Positions 9,376 to 19,787 of a DNA stretch of 64,000 bases are shown piece after piece. The DNA lies in the NCBI GenBank assembly GCA_963787835.1, contig CAWBEI010000002.1:1312001-1376000 (forward strand). The letters run 5' to 3'. This DNA comes from Ignavibacteriota bacterium. Lineage in GTDB: Bacteria > Bacteroidota > Ignavibacteria > Palsa-1295. A model generated the notes under the pieces. That model saw only the letters and a program-made list of their open reading frames with translations, was not told where the DNA came from and did not search any database. Positions within the stretch are counted from its first letter, which is position 1. Every line of letters begins with the position of its first letter. Both the position numbers and the translations under genes were made by a program.

Positions 9376-11757
9376 ATGGCTAAATCATTAGTAATAGTAG
9401 AATCGCCGGCGAAGGCAAAGACGATCAATAAGTATCTTGGCACGGGCTTCATTGTCGAGGCTTCGGTTGGGCATATCAAGGATCTGCCGAAATCGAAGCT
9501 CGGCATCGATATGGAGCACGGGTTTGCCCCAAGCTATACCACCGTCAAGGGTAAAAAGGAAATCATCGACCGCCTGAAAAAGCTTGCCGCAACCTCGAAA
9601 GAGATCTTCCTCGCAACCGATCCTGACCGAGAGGGCGAGGCCATTGCCTACCACCTTGCCGCCGAAGTATCGCCGAAAAATGCGAACATCAAACGCGTAC
9701 TTTTTACGGAGATCACCAAGAATGGTATTACCGAGGCGATGAAGCATCCGCGCGGTGTCGATCAGGCGCTCTTCGATGCGCAGCAGGCGCGCCGTGTGAT
9801 GGATCGCATCATCGGTTATCAGGTTTCGCCCATATTATGGAAAGCGTTCATCGGCAAGAGCGCGGAGGCGCTTTCGGCTGGCCGCGTGCAGTCTGTTGCG
9901 TTGCGTCTCATCTGCGAGCGCGAGGAAGCCATCAACCGCTTTCAGCCGATCGATTATTGGAATCTATGGGCTGATTTCTCGACGGAATCAACCGAGTTCC
10001 CAATCCATGCGCGCCTCATTTCTGTGGATGGGACCGAAATCCGCAATCCCGAAGGCAGTTTGCAGGATCTTTCCGAAGCAGAAAAATCGACCTTCATTCG
10101 CAGTGAAGCAACCGCTCGCGGATATGCACGCGATGCGCAATCGAAAACCTATCGCATCGCATCGCTCACTAAGCGCGAGGTAAAGAAAAATCCGCCGCAG
10201 CCATTTATTACGAGCTCACTTCAGGCGGCAGCGAGCAGCAAGCTCCGTTTCAATCCGCGCAAAACTATGGGTCTTGCCCAGCGATTATACGAAGGCGTGG
10301 AACTCGGCGAAGAAGGCCTGACCGGACTCATCACTTACATGCGTACGGATTCCACTCGCATTGCGCCAGAAGCGCGGAACGAAGCGCTGCAATACATCGA
10401 GCAAAATTACGGCGCGAAGTACATGGGCGAGGAGCGCAAAACGAAGCAAAGCAAGCTCGCTCAGGAAGCGCACGAAGCCATTCGCCCAGCCTCTGCAATG
10501 CGCGATCCCAAAAGTGTTCGCAGATTTTTGGAAGCCGAAGATAAGAATCTCTTCGCGTTGTATGAACTGATCTGGAAACGATTTATCGCAAGCCAAATGG
10601 CTCCCGCGCTTATCGATCAGACGACGGTCGAGATCGAATCGCTCGAAAAAGAGGGAAGCAAATATCGCTTCCGTGCAAGCGGATCGGTGGTTACGTTCAA
10701 CGGCTACATGCAGGTCATGGATGACGTGGATGAGTCCGCGAAAAAAGGCGAAGAGGGTGCCGATGCGTTGGAAGAATCCGGTAAGGCAAAGTTACCGAAC
10801 GGCATTCGCGAAGGACAATCCTCGAATATCGAGAATATCGATCTGCAGGCCAGCTCCACAAAGCCTCCGCCGCGATTTTCCGAGAGTACACTCGTCAAAG
10901 AATTAGAATCGCTTGGAATTGGAAGACCATCCACCTACGCTTCCATTGTGGGAACCGTGCAGGAGCGCGGATACGTCGAGCAGGAAGAACGCAGGCTTTA
11001 TCCGACCACGCTTGGTCTGGATGTGAATCGCATTCTCGTAAAATCCTTCCCGGAGATCTTCAATGTGGATTTTACGGCGAAGATGGAAGAGGAATTGGAT
11101 ACCATCGCAGCGCATGAGCGCACCTACGAATCGGTCATGACCGATTTCTATGTGCCATTCAAGCATGTTCTCGATCAGGTAGAGGAGCGGCTCGTAGAAG
11201 AACTCCCCGTTCGTGCATGCCCCGCATGTGGTTCGAAGAACACCGAGGTAAAATCCGGTTGGTTTGGTATGTATCTCGATTGCGCCGATTGCGGCAAAAA
11301 GACTTCCCTGAAGAACGAAGGCCGTCCTGCTCCGGAAAACACCGGCGAGCAATGCCCGGAATGTATTCAACGGAATGATGGCGAGGGCATCGGCGAACTG
11401 CTTATTCGGTCAAGTAGATTCGGGAAATTTATCGGTTGCAGCAGATATCCAAAATGCAAATATACCCGCGCGATGCCGACGGGAATTAAATGTCCGAAAT
11501 GCTTAGTAGGCGATATTAGTGAACGTCGCGGTGGCAAAGGGAAGCGGAAATTCTGGGGTTGCTCACGGTATCCCGACTGCGATTTTCTCTCGAACGATAA
11601 ACCGGTAAATAAAGCATGCCCGGTTTGCAACAACAAATGGCTTGCAAACAAATGGACGCGTGATCGCGGCGAGTTCCTGAAATGCCCGAATTGTAAAAAG
11701 GAGTTTACCGCAGAACTCAACGAAACGAACCACGATTCTCAGGATGAGAAGGATTAA
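9376..11757 (+). CDS. topA: DNA topoisomerase I (type IA) with C-terminal zinc ribbons
   Basis: LVIVESPAKAKTI, ATDPDREGEAI, SAGRVQS, ITYMRTDS (catalytic Tyr), GIGRPSTY; several CxxC ribbons at the C-terminus. Confidence 0.99.
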   Translation: MAKSLVIVESPAKAKTINKYLGTGFIVEASVGHIKDLPKSKLGIDMEHGFAPSYTTVKGKKEIIDRLKKLAATSKEIFLATDPDREGEAIAYHLAAEVSPKNANIKRVLFTEITKNGITEAMKHPRGVDQALFDAQQARRVMDRIIGYQVSPILWKAFIGKSAEALSAGRVQSVALRLICEREEAINRFQPIDYWNLWADFSTESTEFPIHARLISVDGTEIRNPEGSLQDLSEAEKSTFIRSEATARGYARDAQSKTYRIASLTKREVKKNPPQPFITSSLQAAASSKLRFNPRKTMGLAQRLYEGVELGEEGLTGLITYMRTDSTRIAPEARNEALQYIEQNYGAKYMGEERKTKQSKLAQEAHEAIRPASAMRDPKSVRRFLEAEDKNLFALYELIWKRFIASQMAPALIDQTTVEIESLEKEGSKYRFRASGSVVTFNGYMQVMDDVDESAKKGEEGADALEESGKAKLPNGIREGQSSNIENIDLQASSTKPPPRFSESTLVKELESLGIGRPSTYASIVGTVQERGYVEQEERRLYPTTLGLDVNRILVKSFPEIFNVDFTAKMEEELDTIAAHERTYESVMTDFYVPFKHVLDQVEERLVEELPVRACPACGSKNTEVKSGWFGMYLDCADCGKKTSLKNEGRPAPENTGEQCPECIQRNDGEGIGELLIRSSRFGKFIGCSRYPKCKYTRAMPTGIKCPKCLVGDISERRGGKGKRKFWGCSRYPDCDFLSNDKPVNKACPVCNNKWLANKWTRDRGEFLKCPNCKKEFTAELNETNHDSQDEKD

Positions 11758-11866
11758 GGACAGGATGGATTTTAGGATTATAAAGGATATTGCTTTATAA
11801 CCTTAATATCAATCCCTCAAATCGTCTGCGCAATCCATCCAAATCCGCGTAATCCAGGTTTTGGAT
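11728..11866. repeat. Degenerate 9-mer (AGGATT / AATCC) inverted repeat element overlapping the topA stop
   Basis: aaccacgattctcaggatgagaaggattaaggacaggatggattttaggatt ... aatccctcaaatc...aatccatccaaatccgcgtaatccaggtt; same style as the 8988-9266 outer arms. Confidence 0.6.
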
Positions 11867-11867
11867 T

Positions 11868-14800
11868 TTACTCGACCGCCATTTTCAGCATTTGCACCGG
11901 CTGCCCATCCGCCTGGAATTCATAAAAATAAATCCCGGAATGGAGTGAGCCTGCATCGACGGTGACCTGATAACGCCCGCGTGCGAACGGAACATGATCC
12001 ACCGGACGTAACACTTCCCTTCCCGTTGGATCGAGCAAGCGAATGGTAATGATGGAGTTGTCATTACCGACATCGAACGGCAGCGTGGTTCCTGAGGAAC
12101 CAGCGCCAAAGGGGTTAGGAATATTTTGCTCGATAAAGCTTGCGATCGGTTGTCCGCCATCCAGAAGATGAATGGTCCCGCAAATGGAATCCAGTACCAC
12201 GGTGGTAGAGGACTGCGGAACCACAATCTCATTAGTACCGGGAATAGTATCGTATCCGATGAGCGGCGATGTTGCGCCTTCTTGCAAATTGTTATGTAAC
12301 TGAAGCATGAAGGTGAACAAGGTCCCCATCTGCGAAAGGGTATCGGTCGTGGAGGTGATCAAATAATCGAACGACCCATTGTGATATGTGAATTTCGAGA
12401 CCCAATTGGAAGTCGGGATCAGATTTCCCGGCTGAGCGGCTCCGCCTTGGACGATGTCCGGGCCGTCCACGATCGTTGGATCGAACGTAATCGTTCCCTG
12501 GACGCGCTGAATACCCATCGAATCGGGAATAACGGTTTGGAGATCAACCTCGGCTGCGATCTTATCTCCCGGCCTTCCCCAGTAGGCATGTGGGAACCCT
12601 AATTGCACATGCAGCGGTGGCACATCGTTCGCGATGAGCACAAGCTTGAACTGCGAACCATCGTCCATCGTCCAAGTAATATAGCCAACTCGCGGAGTCA
12701 GTTGGATGGGAGTTGTTGCAGTGAACGTGACCGGATAGGTTGCAACCGAGTCGGGAGCTATGGTGGTAGCTGCTGGGATCGGAGGTGTGGGTATGAAGTC
12801 CGCAGCATTTGGTCCGGTAACACCTGCGCAGGTGATGGCAAGCGGCCAATTGCCGGAATCCGCAAGGGTAAAGCTTCTCGTTATTACCCTACCCCACGCA
12901 ACCGTATCGAAAAACAGCGTATCGACAGAAAGCTTCGGAACCGGCTGTGCGCCAGTACCTTCGAGAACGACGGAATCGTGAAGCGATGCCTGGAACGGTG
13001 ATCCTACCCCTGCTATGAGAGAGTGAGCATAACCAACGACTTGAGGTGTGAAGGTAACCTGAATTGCCGAAGACTTATCGCTCGGCACCGTGATCGGCGC
13101 GTTAGGAGTCGCGGTGAACGGTAGAGCTGGCCCTGTGATGCTGGTAGCAGTCAAACTCTGACTCGACGTATTGATAAGCTCGAGTGTTTTCGTGGCAGGC
13201 CCGGTGCCGATTCTAACAAAGCCGAAATTGAGCGTGTCAACCTGGAACGCAAGGAAATTGGAACTATCATGGCCAATGAGATAAACGGTGTCCCGGGTTC
13301 CATCATCATAATAGAAAACAAGTTCCGATTCATGCTGAGGAAGATCCGGGAAATGCGGCGTAAACGTGATCGTATAACTGGAACTTCCTCCAACCGCGAC
13401 AGAATCTTTAGCAACAGTATCGACGGCAATCCCGGATTGCAACAGAACGGTAAATTCTTTATTGGGATCGTTGATCTTTACAATCTTGGCAGCAAGCTTC
13501 CAGTCTCCGGTATCCTGAAGCGTAAGTTGCTGTGGGCTGCTGGTGGTTTGAAGTGGGAACGTGCCGAAGTCTATCTCTTTGGTCGAGAGTGCGGGCATGG
13601 ATTGCGCACCAATACCTGTAATTAAGATGGAGTCGTCATACATGCCACCGCCCCCTGCGTAGAGCAGGGTAGAAAACGCCGAACGAGAGGGTGGCGTAAA
13701 ATAGAGGCTGTCATAATAATGGCCGCTGGCTGGAACGGTTCCAGTAGTATCTTTCAGAGAAAAAGGAATGCCGGCGGGCGAGAGCCAGATCGTATCCACA
13801 TTTAATGGGATGATCTCCGGATTGCCAAAGCAAACACCGGTATCGGAGGTCGTTCCCACGCGCACACGACCGAAATCGTACGAGTGATTGCAAAATTGAA
13901 CGGATTGAGTTGCCTCGGTCGCTTTGAGCGGTAAGGTATCGATGGTGCCATCGCAATAATGGATCTCGAGATTTGCATGGTGAACCGTTCCGCCAGTGTG
14001 GGCATAGGTCGTAAAGTTAAATGTGAGCGTCCGGGAACTCATCCCACTATCCGCTACGGTATCGGGTGTTACAGACGGGTTTACGAGGGAGAACTCGCTC
14101 GAATCGGGGCCAGAAATACTGTAACCACAGATAATAAGCGGGTAATCACCGGTATCGGTGATGATGGTTTGGGCCGCGTTCTTACTCGAATCCCAGCAGG
14201 TGCCGAAATCAACCGGCGAAGGGGAAAAGACTGGCTGTGCTATCGCACCGAACCCGAACAGATAAATGGAATCGTCCTGCTCATTACATTGAATGTGGAC
14301 CCACGCGCTTGATGCACCGTGTATAGCTGGTTGGAATTCCAACTGAATACTGTCAGACGTACCGGGGGCGTAGTTGTTTGGCGTTGGAGCCGTCAATTGA
14401 AAAACGGGTGAAGCTGGAGAGAATACCGGACTAAATAATTGAGAATATGGACTTAAGTTTTCCACGCCAACAACCTTAGTCAGGGCATCTCCCACTTTTA
14501 CCCTGCCAAAATTGACGATGTTGGTATCGTAGGTTATCGCCCGCTGTTTTTCCACCCCGTTCAGGTAAATGTATTCGGGTTGTGAGCCATCGTCAAAATA
14601 AAATTCCAAGCAGGCGCTCAGCGGCTCTGTAATGGTCGTGGTCGGGTGGAAGGTGATCGAAAAGATTCGAGACTGCCCTGCATCCAGATAAAAGCTCGTG
14701 TCCGGAGGAGTGAAACTAAAATATTTGGGATCGGCACACCCTAAGTTTGCCAGGATCACATGTGCCGTCCAATTGCCAATATTCGTGATCGTATCATTGA

Positions 14801-16166
14801 GCGTCCTCGAATCATTTGTAAAAAGCGTATCGAAATTGAGACTCGATTGAGATGCAGTAACATTCGGGATCGCTCCGCAGCCCGTCAGGAGGATGGTTGT
14901 AAGATTCCCTTCGGAGTCCCAAAGATAGGCCGTTGCCTGATAGCATTGGGCGAGTAAGGGTATGAACGTGAATTTGATCGGTACGCCACTTTCGGCAGCA
15001 ACAGGATCTGGTGTGACAATGGTCGTTCCAAAGATGCCGGCAGGCGTGCCGGGAGCAGGGATGATCGTATCCTGGGTAATATAATACGTCGCATTCCCGG
15101 AATTAAAGGCATTCGCATTGAGCGAGTTAAACGTTTGGGAGCGTACGGTTCCAAAATCAAGGGAAGATGGGCCGATCTTTCCATCGGGGGCTGCACTGTA
15201 TCCGGTGAGTACGATCTCACGCAACCGATTAGAAACATCCGCGTTGGACGAGCGAATGTGGAGCGTGGCTGTGCTCGTTACGCGAGGGGCCGTCGGAGTA
15301 TAGGAGACCGAAAACTGATTCGTTGAAGTCTCATCCAGCGTGAAATGAGTTCCACGCTGCGATAGCAGGTTGAAATCCGATTGTCCGGGGCCATCGATCC
15401 ACACACTGTCGATCTGAAGAGGATCGAGGCCGAAGCTCGCGATCGAATCGAGCAATTGGGACGATAAGCCGACATTGGTCGTCGGAAACGCTAAGGTATC
15501 GAATTGAACAGAGATGCCTGCGGTGTATCGTGCCGTGTAAACGTTAATTCCACCGGTAGCTATTTTGTAGGCAGATCCACTCCCGTCTGTATTAAGCTGG
15601 TCGTAGATGTGGAAATAAAAATAGGTGCCGGCTCCCGGATAAATGGCTGTGTACTCGTGGTAGGGCTGGTAGCTGTTTTCTAACACTTTTAAAGAGTCGG
15701 CGGGACTAGGAGGATTGTTGGTAGAAGAGACTTGCAGATAGACCTGATAATTCTGGTTATTCCATGTCGGAGGATTGGCGAGTGGGATCGGTGCGTTCCA
15801 GTTCGGCGGATTCTTATAGGTGTAACGGGCATCGAATCCAGTCGAATCCTGACCAGAGAAGACCCCGAATGTTCCGCTGAAATAAAATTCAGTGGATATA
15901 TTCTGTTGTATGGGAAAATGAGTTTGTGCCGCAGGGGCGAATTGGTCGGCATGGACAAAGATTGAATCTCTTGGAGTCTGGGCCATCCAGGGCTTCCATT
16001 GTGCGTATGCGGAAGTTGCGTTGAGGAGGAAGATGCCAATAACGAGAGAGCATGCCCATGCTGTGGCAAGCAGGGAGGAGCGAGAGAACACGCTCCGGCG
16101 TTCCTCCAATGTGCAAGCGAGGGTTGATCGAGTTCCCTGTATCACGGTTCTTAAAATTCGTCCCAT
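11868..16166 (-). CDS. Giant secreted protein: tandem Ig-like (choice-of-anchor D / ASH-like) repeats, cohesin-like domain, T9SS type-A CTD
   Basis: Signal peptide ending SAYA|Q, about nine ~100-aa repeats starting LDFG/VNFG with F.P and L.G.G motifs, ITFDPTIV cohesin-like segment, and a CTD (QNIPNPF...LHSGIYFY...MLKMAVE). Start uncertain (16166 or 16211). Confidence 0.85.
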   Translation of the reverse strand: MGRILRTVIQGTRSTLACTLEERRSVFSRSSLLATAWACSLVIGIFLLNATSAYAQWKPWMAQTPRDSIFVHADQFAPAAQTHFPIQQNISTEFYFSGTFGVFSGQDSTGFDARYTYKNPPNWNAPIPLANPPTWNNQNYQVYLQVSSTNNPPSPADSLKVLENSYQPYHEYTAIYPGAGTYFYFHIYDQLNTDGSGSAYKIATGGINVYTARYTAGISVQFDTLAFPTTNVGLSSQLLDSIASFGLDPLQIDSVWIDGPGQSDFNLLSQRGTHFTLDETSTNQFSVSYTPTAPRVTSTATLHIRSSNADVSNRLREIVLTGYSAAPDGKIGPSSLDFGTVRSQTFNSLNANAFNSGNATYYITQDTIIPAPGTPAGIFGTTIVTPDPVAAESGVPIKFTFIPLLAQCYQATAYLWDSEGNLTTILLTGCGAIPNVTASQSSLNFDTLFTNDSRTLNDTITNIGNWTAHVILANLGCADPKYFSFTPPDTSFYLDAGQSRIFSITFHPTTTITEPLSACLEFYFDDGSQPEYIYLNGVEKQRAITYDTNIVNFGRVKVGDALTKVVGVENLSPYSQLFSPVFSPASPVFQLTAPTPNNYAPGTSDSIQLEFQPAIHGASSAWVHIQCNEQDDSIYLFGFGAIAQPVFSPSPVDFGTCWDSSKNAAQTIITDTGDYPLIICGYSISGPDSSEFSLVNPSVTPDTVADSGMSSRTLTFNFTTYAHTGGTVHHANLEIHYCDGTIDTLPLKATEATQSVQFCNHSYDFGRVRVGTTSDTGVCFGNPEIIPLNVDTIWLSPAGIPFSLKDTTGTVPASGHYYDSLYFTPPSRSAFSTLLYAGGGGMYDDSILITGIGAQSMPALSTKEIDFGTFPLQTTSSPQQLTLQDTGDWKLAAKIVKINDPNKEFTVLLQSGIAVDTVAKDSVAVGGSSSYTITFTPHFPDLPQHESELVFYYDDGTRDTVYLIGHDSSNFLAFQVDTLNFGFVRIGTGPATKTLELINTSSQSLTATSITGPALPFTATPNAPITVPSDKSSAIQVTFTPQVVGYAHSLIAGVGSPFQASLHDSVVLEGTGAQPVPKLSVDTLFFDTVAWGRVITRSFTLADSGNWPLAITCAGVTGPNAADFIPTPPIPAATTIAPDSVATYPVTFTATTPIQLTPRVGYITWTMDDGSQFKLVLIANDVPPLHVQLGFPHAYWGRPGDKIAAEVDLQTVIPDSMGIQRVQGTITFDPTIVDGPDIVQGGAAQPGNLIPTSNWVSKFTYHNGSFDYLITSTTDTLSQMGTLFTFMLQLHNNLQEGATSPLIGYDTIPGTNEIVVPQSSTTVVLDSICGTIHLLDGGQPIASFIEQNIPNPFGAGSSGTTLPFDVGNDNSIITIRLLDPTGREVLRPVDHVPFARGRYQVTVDAGSLHSGIYFYEFQADGQPVQMLKMAVE

Positions 16167-16610
16167 TTCAAAATAGACCAAGAAGTTGAACAGACAAGAA
16201 TGAAGCACCATTCATTCCCCCTGTATATTATCATTCGTTTTTCCTCTTCACGAAGAGAAAAATCGATTTAAATAATGGGCGCGCAGTAATGCTTTTTGTG
16301 CTCGCCGCATGGGCATGCGAATATCGAATAATGGTGTGTGAAGCTCGCTGGGCATAAGCGATCATTCAGAGCATCGATGCGGGGCCGCACCGATCGTTCA
16401 TCGTGCATGAAGGGGGCACCAGAGCAGGATAAAACTGTAGAATCGCGAACGGACACCGGTAAGCAGAAGTTCCTTAATGTGCTGCGGAATGGGTAATAAT
16501 GTTGCATGATCTAAGAACGGTGGCGAATTATGGGGCAAATATTTGCATATTTTGCTGTTTCAAAGCACTTTTCGCAGGTGTCCTTAATAAATTGATTATT
16601 TTCGCAGTCT

Positions 16611-16618
16611 TATTTTTG
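16611..16618 (+). promoter_or_regulatory. Putative Bacteroidota-type -7 promoter element (TAnnTTTG)
   Basis: TATTTTTG(CA), about 260 bp upstream of the CDS at 16875. Confidence 0.45.
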
Positions 16619-16874
16619 CATGTACATCCTGCTTCTGACGAACGTACCTATCGAAGAATCCCTTTTTGTGAGCGCGAACCAAATCCCAAATGTTGCGTTC
16701 ACAAATAGTTGCTTTTACTCTGGTGGAAGTATTTCGTCTCTTTGGTACGATCGAGGTGAAGTCCGAATCGGTTCAGAATTACCGACAGGATTGACGCTCA
16801 GCGCTGTTCCCACATTTCCTTTGAGTCGCTACCGAAATAACGTTCTTTTATTAAACTGACTGAAGATCATTAGC

Positions 16875-19445
16875 ATGAAGGTTCTCAACATTATCCCAAA
16901 ACTTTCTCTTCTCGCGCTTCTCCTCGCGATCGGTGCCATGTCCCCACATCAGGCAGCTTCTAAATCCCCCGGGAAGCTCGGAGGCGCCGATTCTACTGTA
17001 GCTAAACTCGTTCCCAAACCACCGGTCGATCCGGACAGCGGCAAAAGTGCATTCGCAAAACTGGTGGTGAAGAATCTTGGACCGGCAGTGAATTCATCTT
17101 ATGATGATTTTGCACCCACTGTTACAGCCGATGGTCGAACTATGTTCTTCGTATCTGATCGTCCAGGTGGACTTGGTTATCAGGATTTCTGGGAAACAAC
17201 AAGCCCGGAAAACAATGATACCACATGGGGTCCGCCGATCGATGTTACGGAGATCAATTCCGATCAGGCGGATGGCGCTGCGTCGATCGCAGCCGATGGC
17301 CAAACGATCTATTTTGCATCGAACCGTAATACAACGGTAAAGAACGACGTGAACATCTGGGTTGCTACACTCGATGGTATTCACTGGAAGAATGTACATG
17401 AGGTAGGTGCGCCTGTCAACACCACAGCATGGGAAACCCAGCCTGCTATTTCACCGGATGACAAGAAGCTTTTCTTTGCGTCCAACAGACCTGGAAAGAT
17501 TGGTAACGAGGATAAATCCAACGTCGATATTTTCGTCAGCCACCATCTTCCCGATGGCCGATGGAGTGATCCAGTAAATCTTGGTTCGAAGATCAATACC
17601 GGCCACTACGAAGGATCCCCATTTATGGCGGCCGATGGCACAACATTGTATTTTGCATCGGACGATCCGAACAGAGATCCGAATAACCCGGGGCTTGGTG
17701 GACTCGATATCTATCAGTCCGAATGGAAGGGACCAACCGATACAGACTGGACTATCCCCACACGCCTTCCTGCTCCGATCAATTCGGCTGCTAATGATTT
17801 CTTCCTTACCGTGCCAGCTTCCGGCAATGTGCTATTCTTTAGCAGCGACCGAGAAGGTGGCAGCGGTAAGCTCGATCTTTACGTCGCAACGAATCCTCCG
17901 GCGCCGAAGCCAACGTTGGTCTTGCATGGCCGTGCGTATGATGTCAACACGAAAGAGAATCTGACCGCTCACGTTGTGATCGTGGAAGCGCGGACGCACG
18001 ATACCATCTACGACAAGTTCACCAATAGCGCTACCGGCGAATATCTTGCTATTCTTCCAAGCGATGCCGATGGAAATCTCGGTGGCACCTATATCATCAG
18101 CGCCACAGAGCCAAATCACTTCCCGTACCCACCCACGAAAGAAGAGATCCCGCTGCGCAACGATAGTTCCAGAAGCATTACGCATGACATCCCGATGAAT
18201 AATGAGAATCCTCCGGTCGTGCATTGGGTGACCGAGGAGCCTCAGCTGCTAAAGGAAAAGCCTTCGCTTTTCCCGAACTTCAAGGGCGTCATCATTCGTG
18301 AGCAAAAGACGATCGACCTTTATGCGTTGCTCCCGATGCTCTTCTTCGATGCAGGAAACGGTTCACTTCCTTCGCGCTATGTATTATTCTCCAGCCCGCA
18401 ACAGACGCAGGGTTTTACCGAGGATACCATCACCGGTACTCTTAATGCATATTACAATTATCTAAATATTATTGGGCTTCGGATGCGCAATAACCCCTCA
18501 ACCACGATCGCCCTGACCGGTACGAACTCGCAGGATACCGATAATGAGATGTCGCTCGATCTTTCGCGTCAGCGTGCTGAATCGGTGAAAAAATATCTGG
18601 TGGAGATCTGGGGCATTCAGCCGGAGCGTATTTCGGTAAAGGCGCAGAAACTACCGGACAATCCAACCCTCGCGACCACGCCGGAAGGAATATTCGAAAA
18701 CCGCCGCGTAGAACTTACCAGCGATTCATGGGAGATCATTCATCCCGTGCTCCACAATAGTAATGTTAAACGTCCGGATGCCCCAACGGGAGGATTTAAA
18801 TGGGAGAACGGACTTCGTGACGAGACGATCCAGAGCCGCAGCCTTGAGGTCAGCTATCAGGGAAAACCCTGGGCTGAAATATCCGATCTCGGACCGAATT
18901 CAAAGCTGGAGTACAAAGGATTTAACTGGCGTTCCTCCGATGGGAAACTTCCGTCAGGCGAAGATAATATGTCTGTTCAGTTGAAGATGACCGATAAAGG
19001 CGGCCGCGAGGTTCTTTCCAATGTTGATCAGATCAGTGTAAAGCAGTTCTCCGTAAGTAATATCGTTGCAGAGCATTTAGCCGACAAGACTCGTGAGACG
19101 TATAATCTTATCCTTTTCACCTATAATAAGTCCGATATGGGGAAATGGAATCATAAGATACTCGATTCTTACGTGTATAACAGGATTCAGCCGAACTCGG
19201 ATGTATCGGTCAACGGATACACCGATATTTTAGGGACGGAAGACTACAATACGCGGCTTTCCACGAACAGAGCAAATGCCGTGAAGGCGGATATTGCCGG
19301 TCATATCAAGGGTAAGGTAAAGTCCCTGACGGCACATGGATATGGGAAAACCCAGCCGCTATATCCGAATGATCTGCCCGAAGGACGTTATTACAACCGA
19401 ACAGTTCAGGTTCTTGTGGAAACGCCTTTGGAGTCAAATCCGTAA
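16875..19445 (+). CDS. PorE-like protein: PD40 (WD40-like) beta-propeller, carboxypeptidase-regulatory-like domain, two OmpA-like peptidoglycan-binding domains
   Basis: Repeated NLGPAVNS...P..TADG..FF.SDRPGG units. Two OmpA C-terminal motifs: LSRQRAESVKKYL...NRRVEL and GYTD..G...N.RLS..RA..V...NRTVQV. Confidence 0.88.
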   Translation: MKVLNIIPKLSLLALLLAIGAMSPHQAASKSPGKLGGADSTVAKLVPKPPVDPDSGKSAFAKLVVKNLGPAVNSSYDDFAPTVTADGRTMFFVSDRPGGLGYQDFWETTSPENNDTTWGPPIDVTEINSDQADGAASIAADGQTIYFASNRNTTVKNDVNIWVATLDGIHWKNVHEVGAPVNTTAWETQPAISPDDKKLFFASNRPGKIGNEDKSNVDIFVSHHLPDGRWSDPVNLGSKINTGHYEGSPFMAADGTTLYFASDDPNRDPNNPGLGGLDIYQSEWKGPTDTDWTIPTRLPAPINSAANDFFLTVPASGNVLFFSSDREGGSGKLDLYVATNPPAPKPTLVLHGRAYDVNTKENLTAHVVIVEARTHDTIYDKFTNSATGEYLAILPSDADGNLGGTYIISATEPNHFPYPPTKEEIPLRNDSSRSITHDIPMNNENPPVVHWVTEEPQLLKEKPSLFPNFKGVIIREQKTIDLYALLPMLFFDAGNGSLPSRYVLFSSPQQTQGFTEDTITGTLNAYYNYLNIIGLRMRNNPSTTIALTGTNSQDTDNEMSLDLSRQRAESVKKYLVEIWGIQPERISVKAQKLPDNPTLATTPEGIFENRRVELTSDSWEIIHPVLHNSNVKRPDAPTGGFKWENGLRDETIQSRSLEVSYQGKPWAEISDLGPNSKLEYKGFNWRSSDGKLPSGEDNMSVQLKMTDKGGREVLSNVDQISVKQFSVSNIVAEHLADKTRETYNLILFTYNKSDMGKWNHKILDSYVYNRIQPNSDVSVNGYTDILGTEDYNTRLSTNRANAVKADIAGHIKGKVKSLTAHGYGKTQPLYPNDLPEGRYYNRTVQVLVETPLESNP

Positions 19446-19787
19446 AATCGACGAATAACGCCAATTTTATAGCTTTCTTCCAGACTTTCATGAATAGTAC
19501 AAAACCATAGATAAATTATTCATAATTTTTTTTTGTAACCCGAGCGACCCAGCGCGTTTTAACTATAAGGGGGATTCTGTGAACGGTGGGATTCGGTGAT
19601 CTGTGAATAGATCTTCGGAACTCAGCGGCGAAAATCTGACATTGATATTCATCCCGACAGGCCCCTTTTGAATCATAGTGAGCTTCAAGCGGTTCCTCTT
19701 TGGAGTGATCGCTTGTGGCAAAATGTATTAGGCTTTTACTAACTGCTTCTGCTTTTTAATTCGTAGTTTTCTTTTCTAAGCAAGACC

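Noticed and set aside
16268-16859. Three small ORFs (69-79 aa) in the spacer between the divergent surface-protein genes
   Set aside because: No motifs, atypical composition, and they overlap the expected promoter and leader region.
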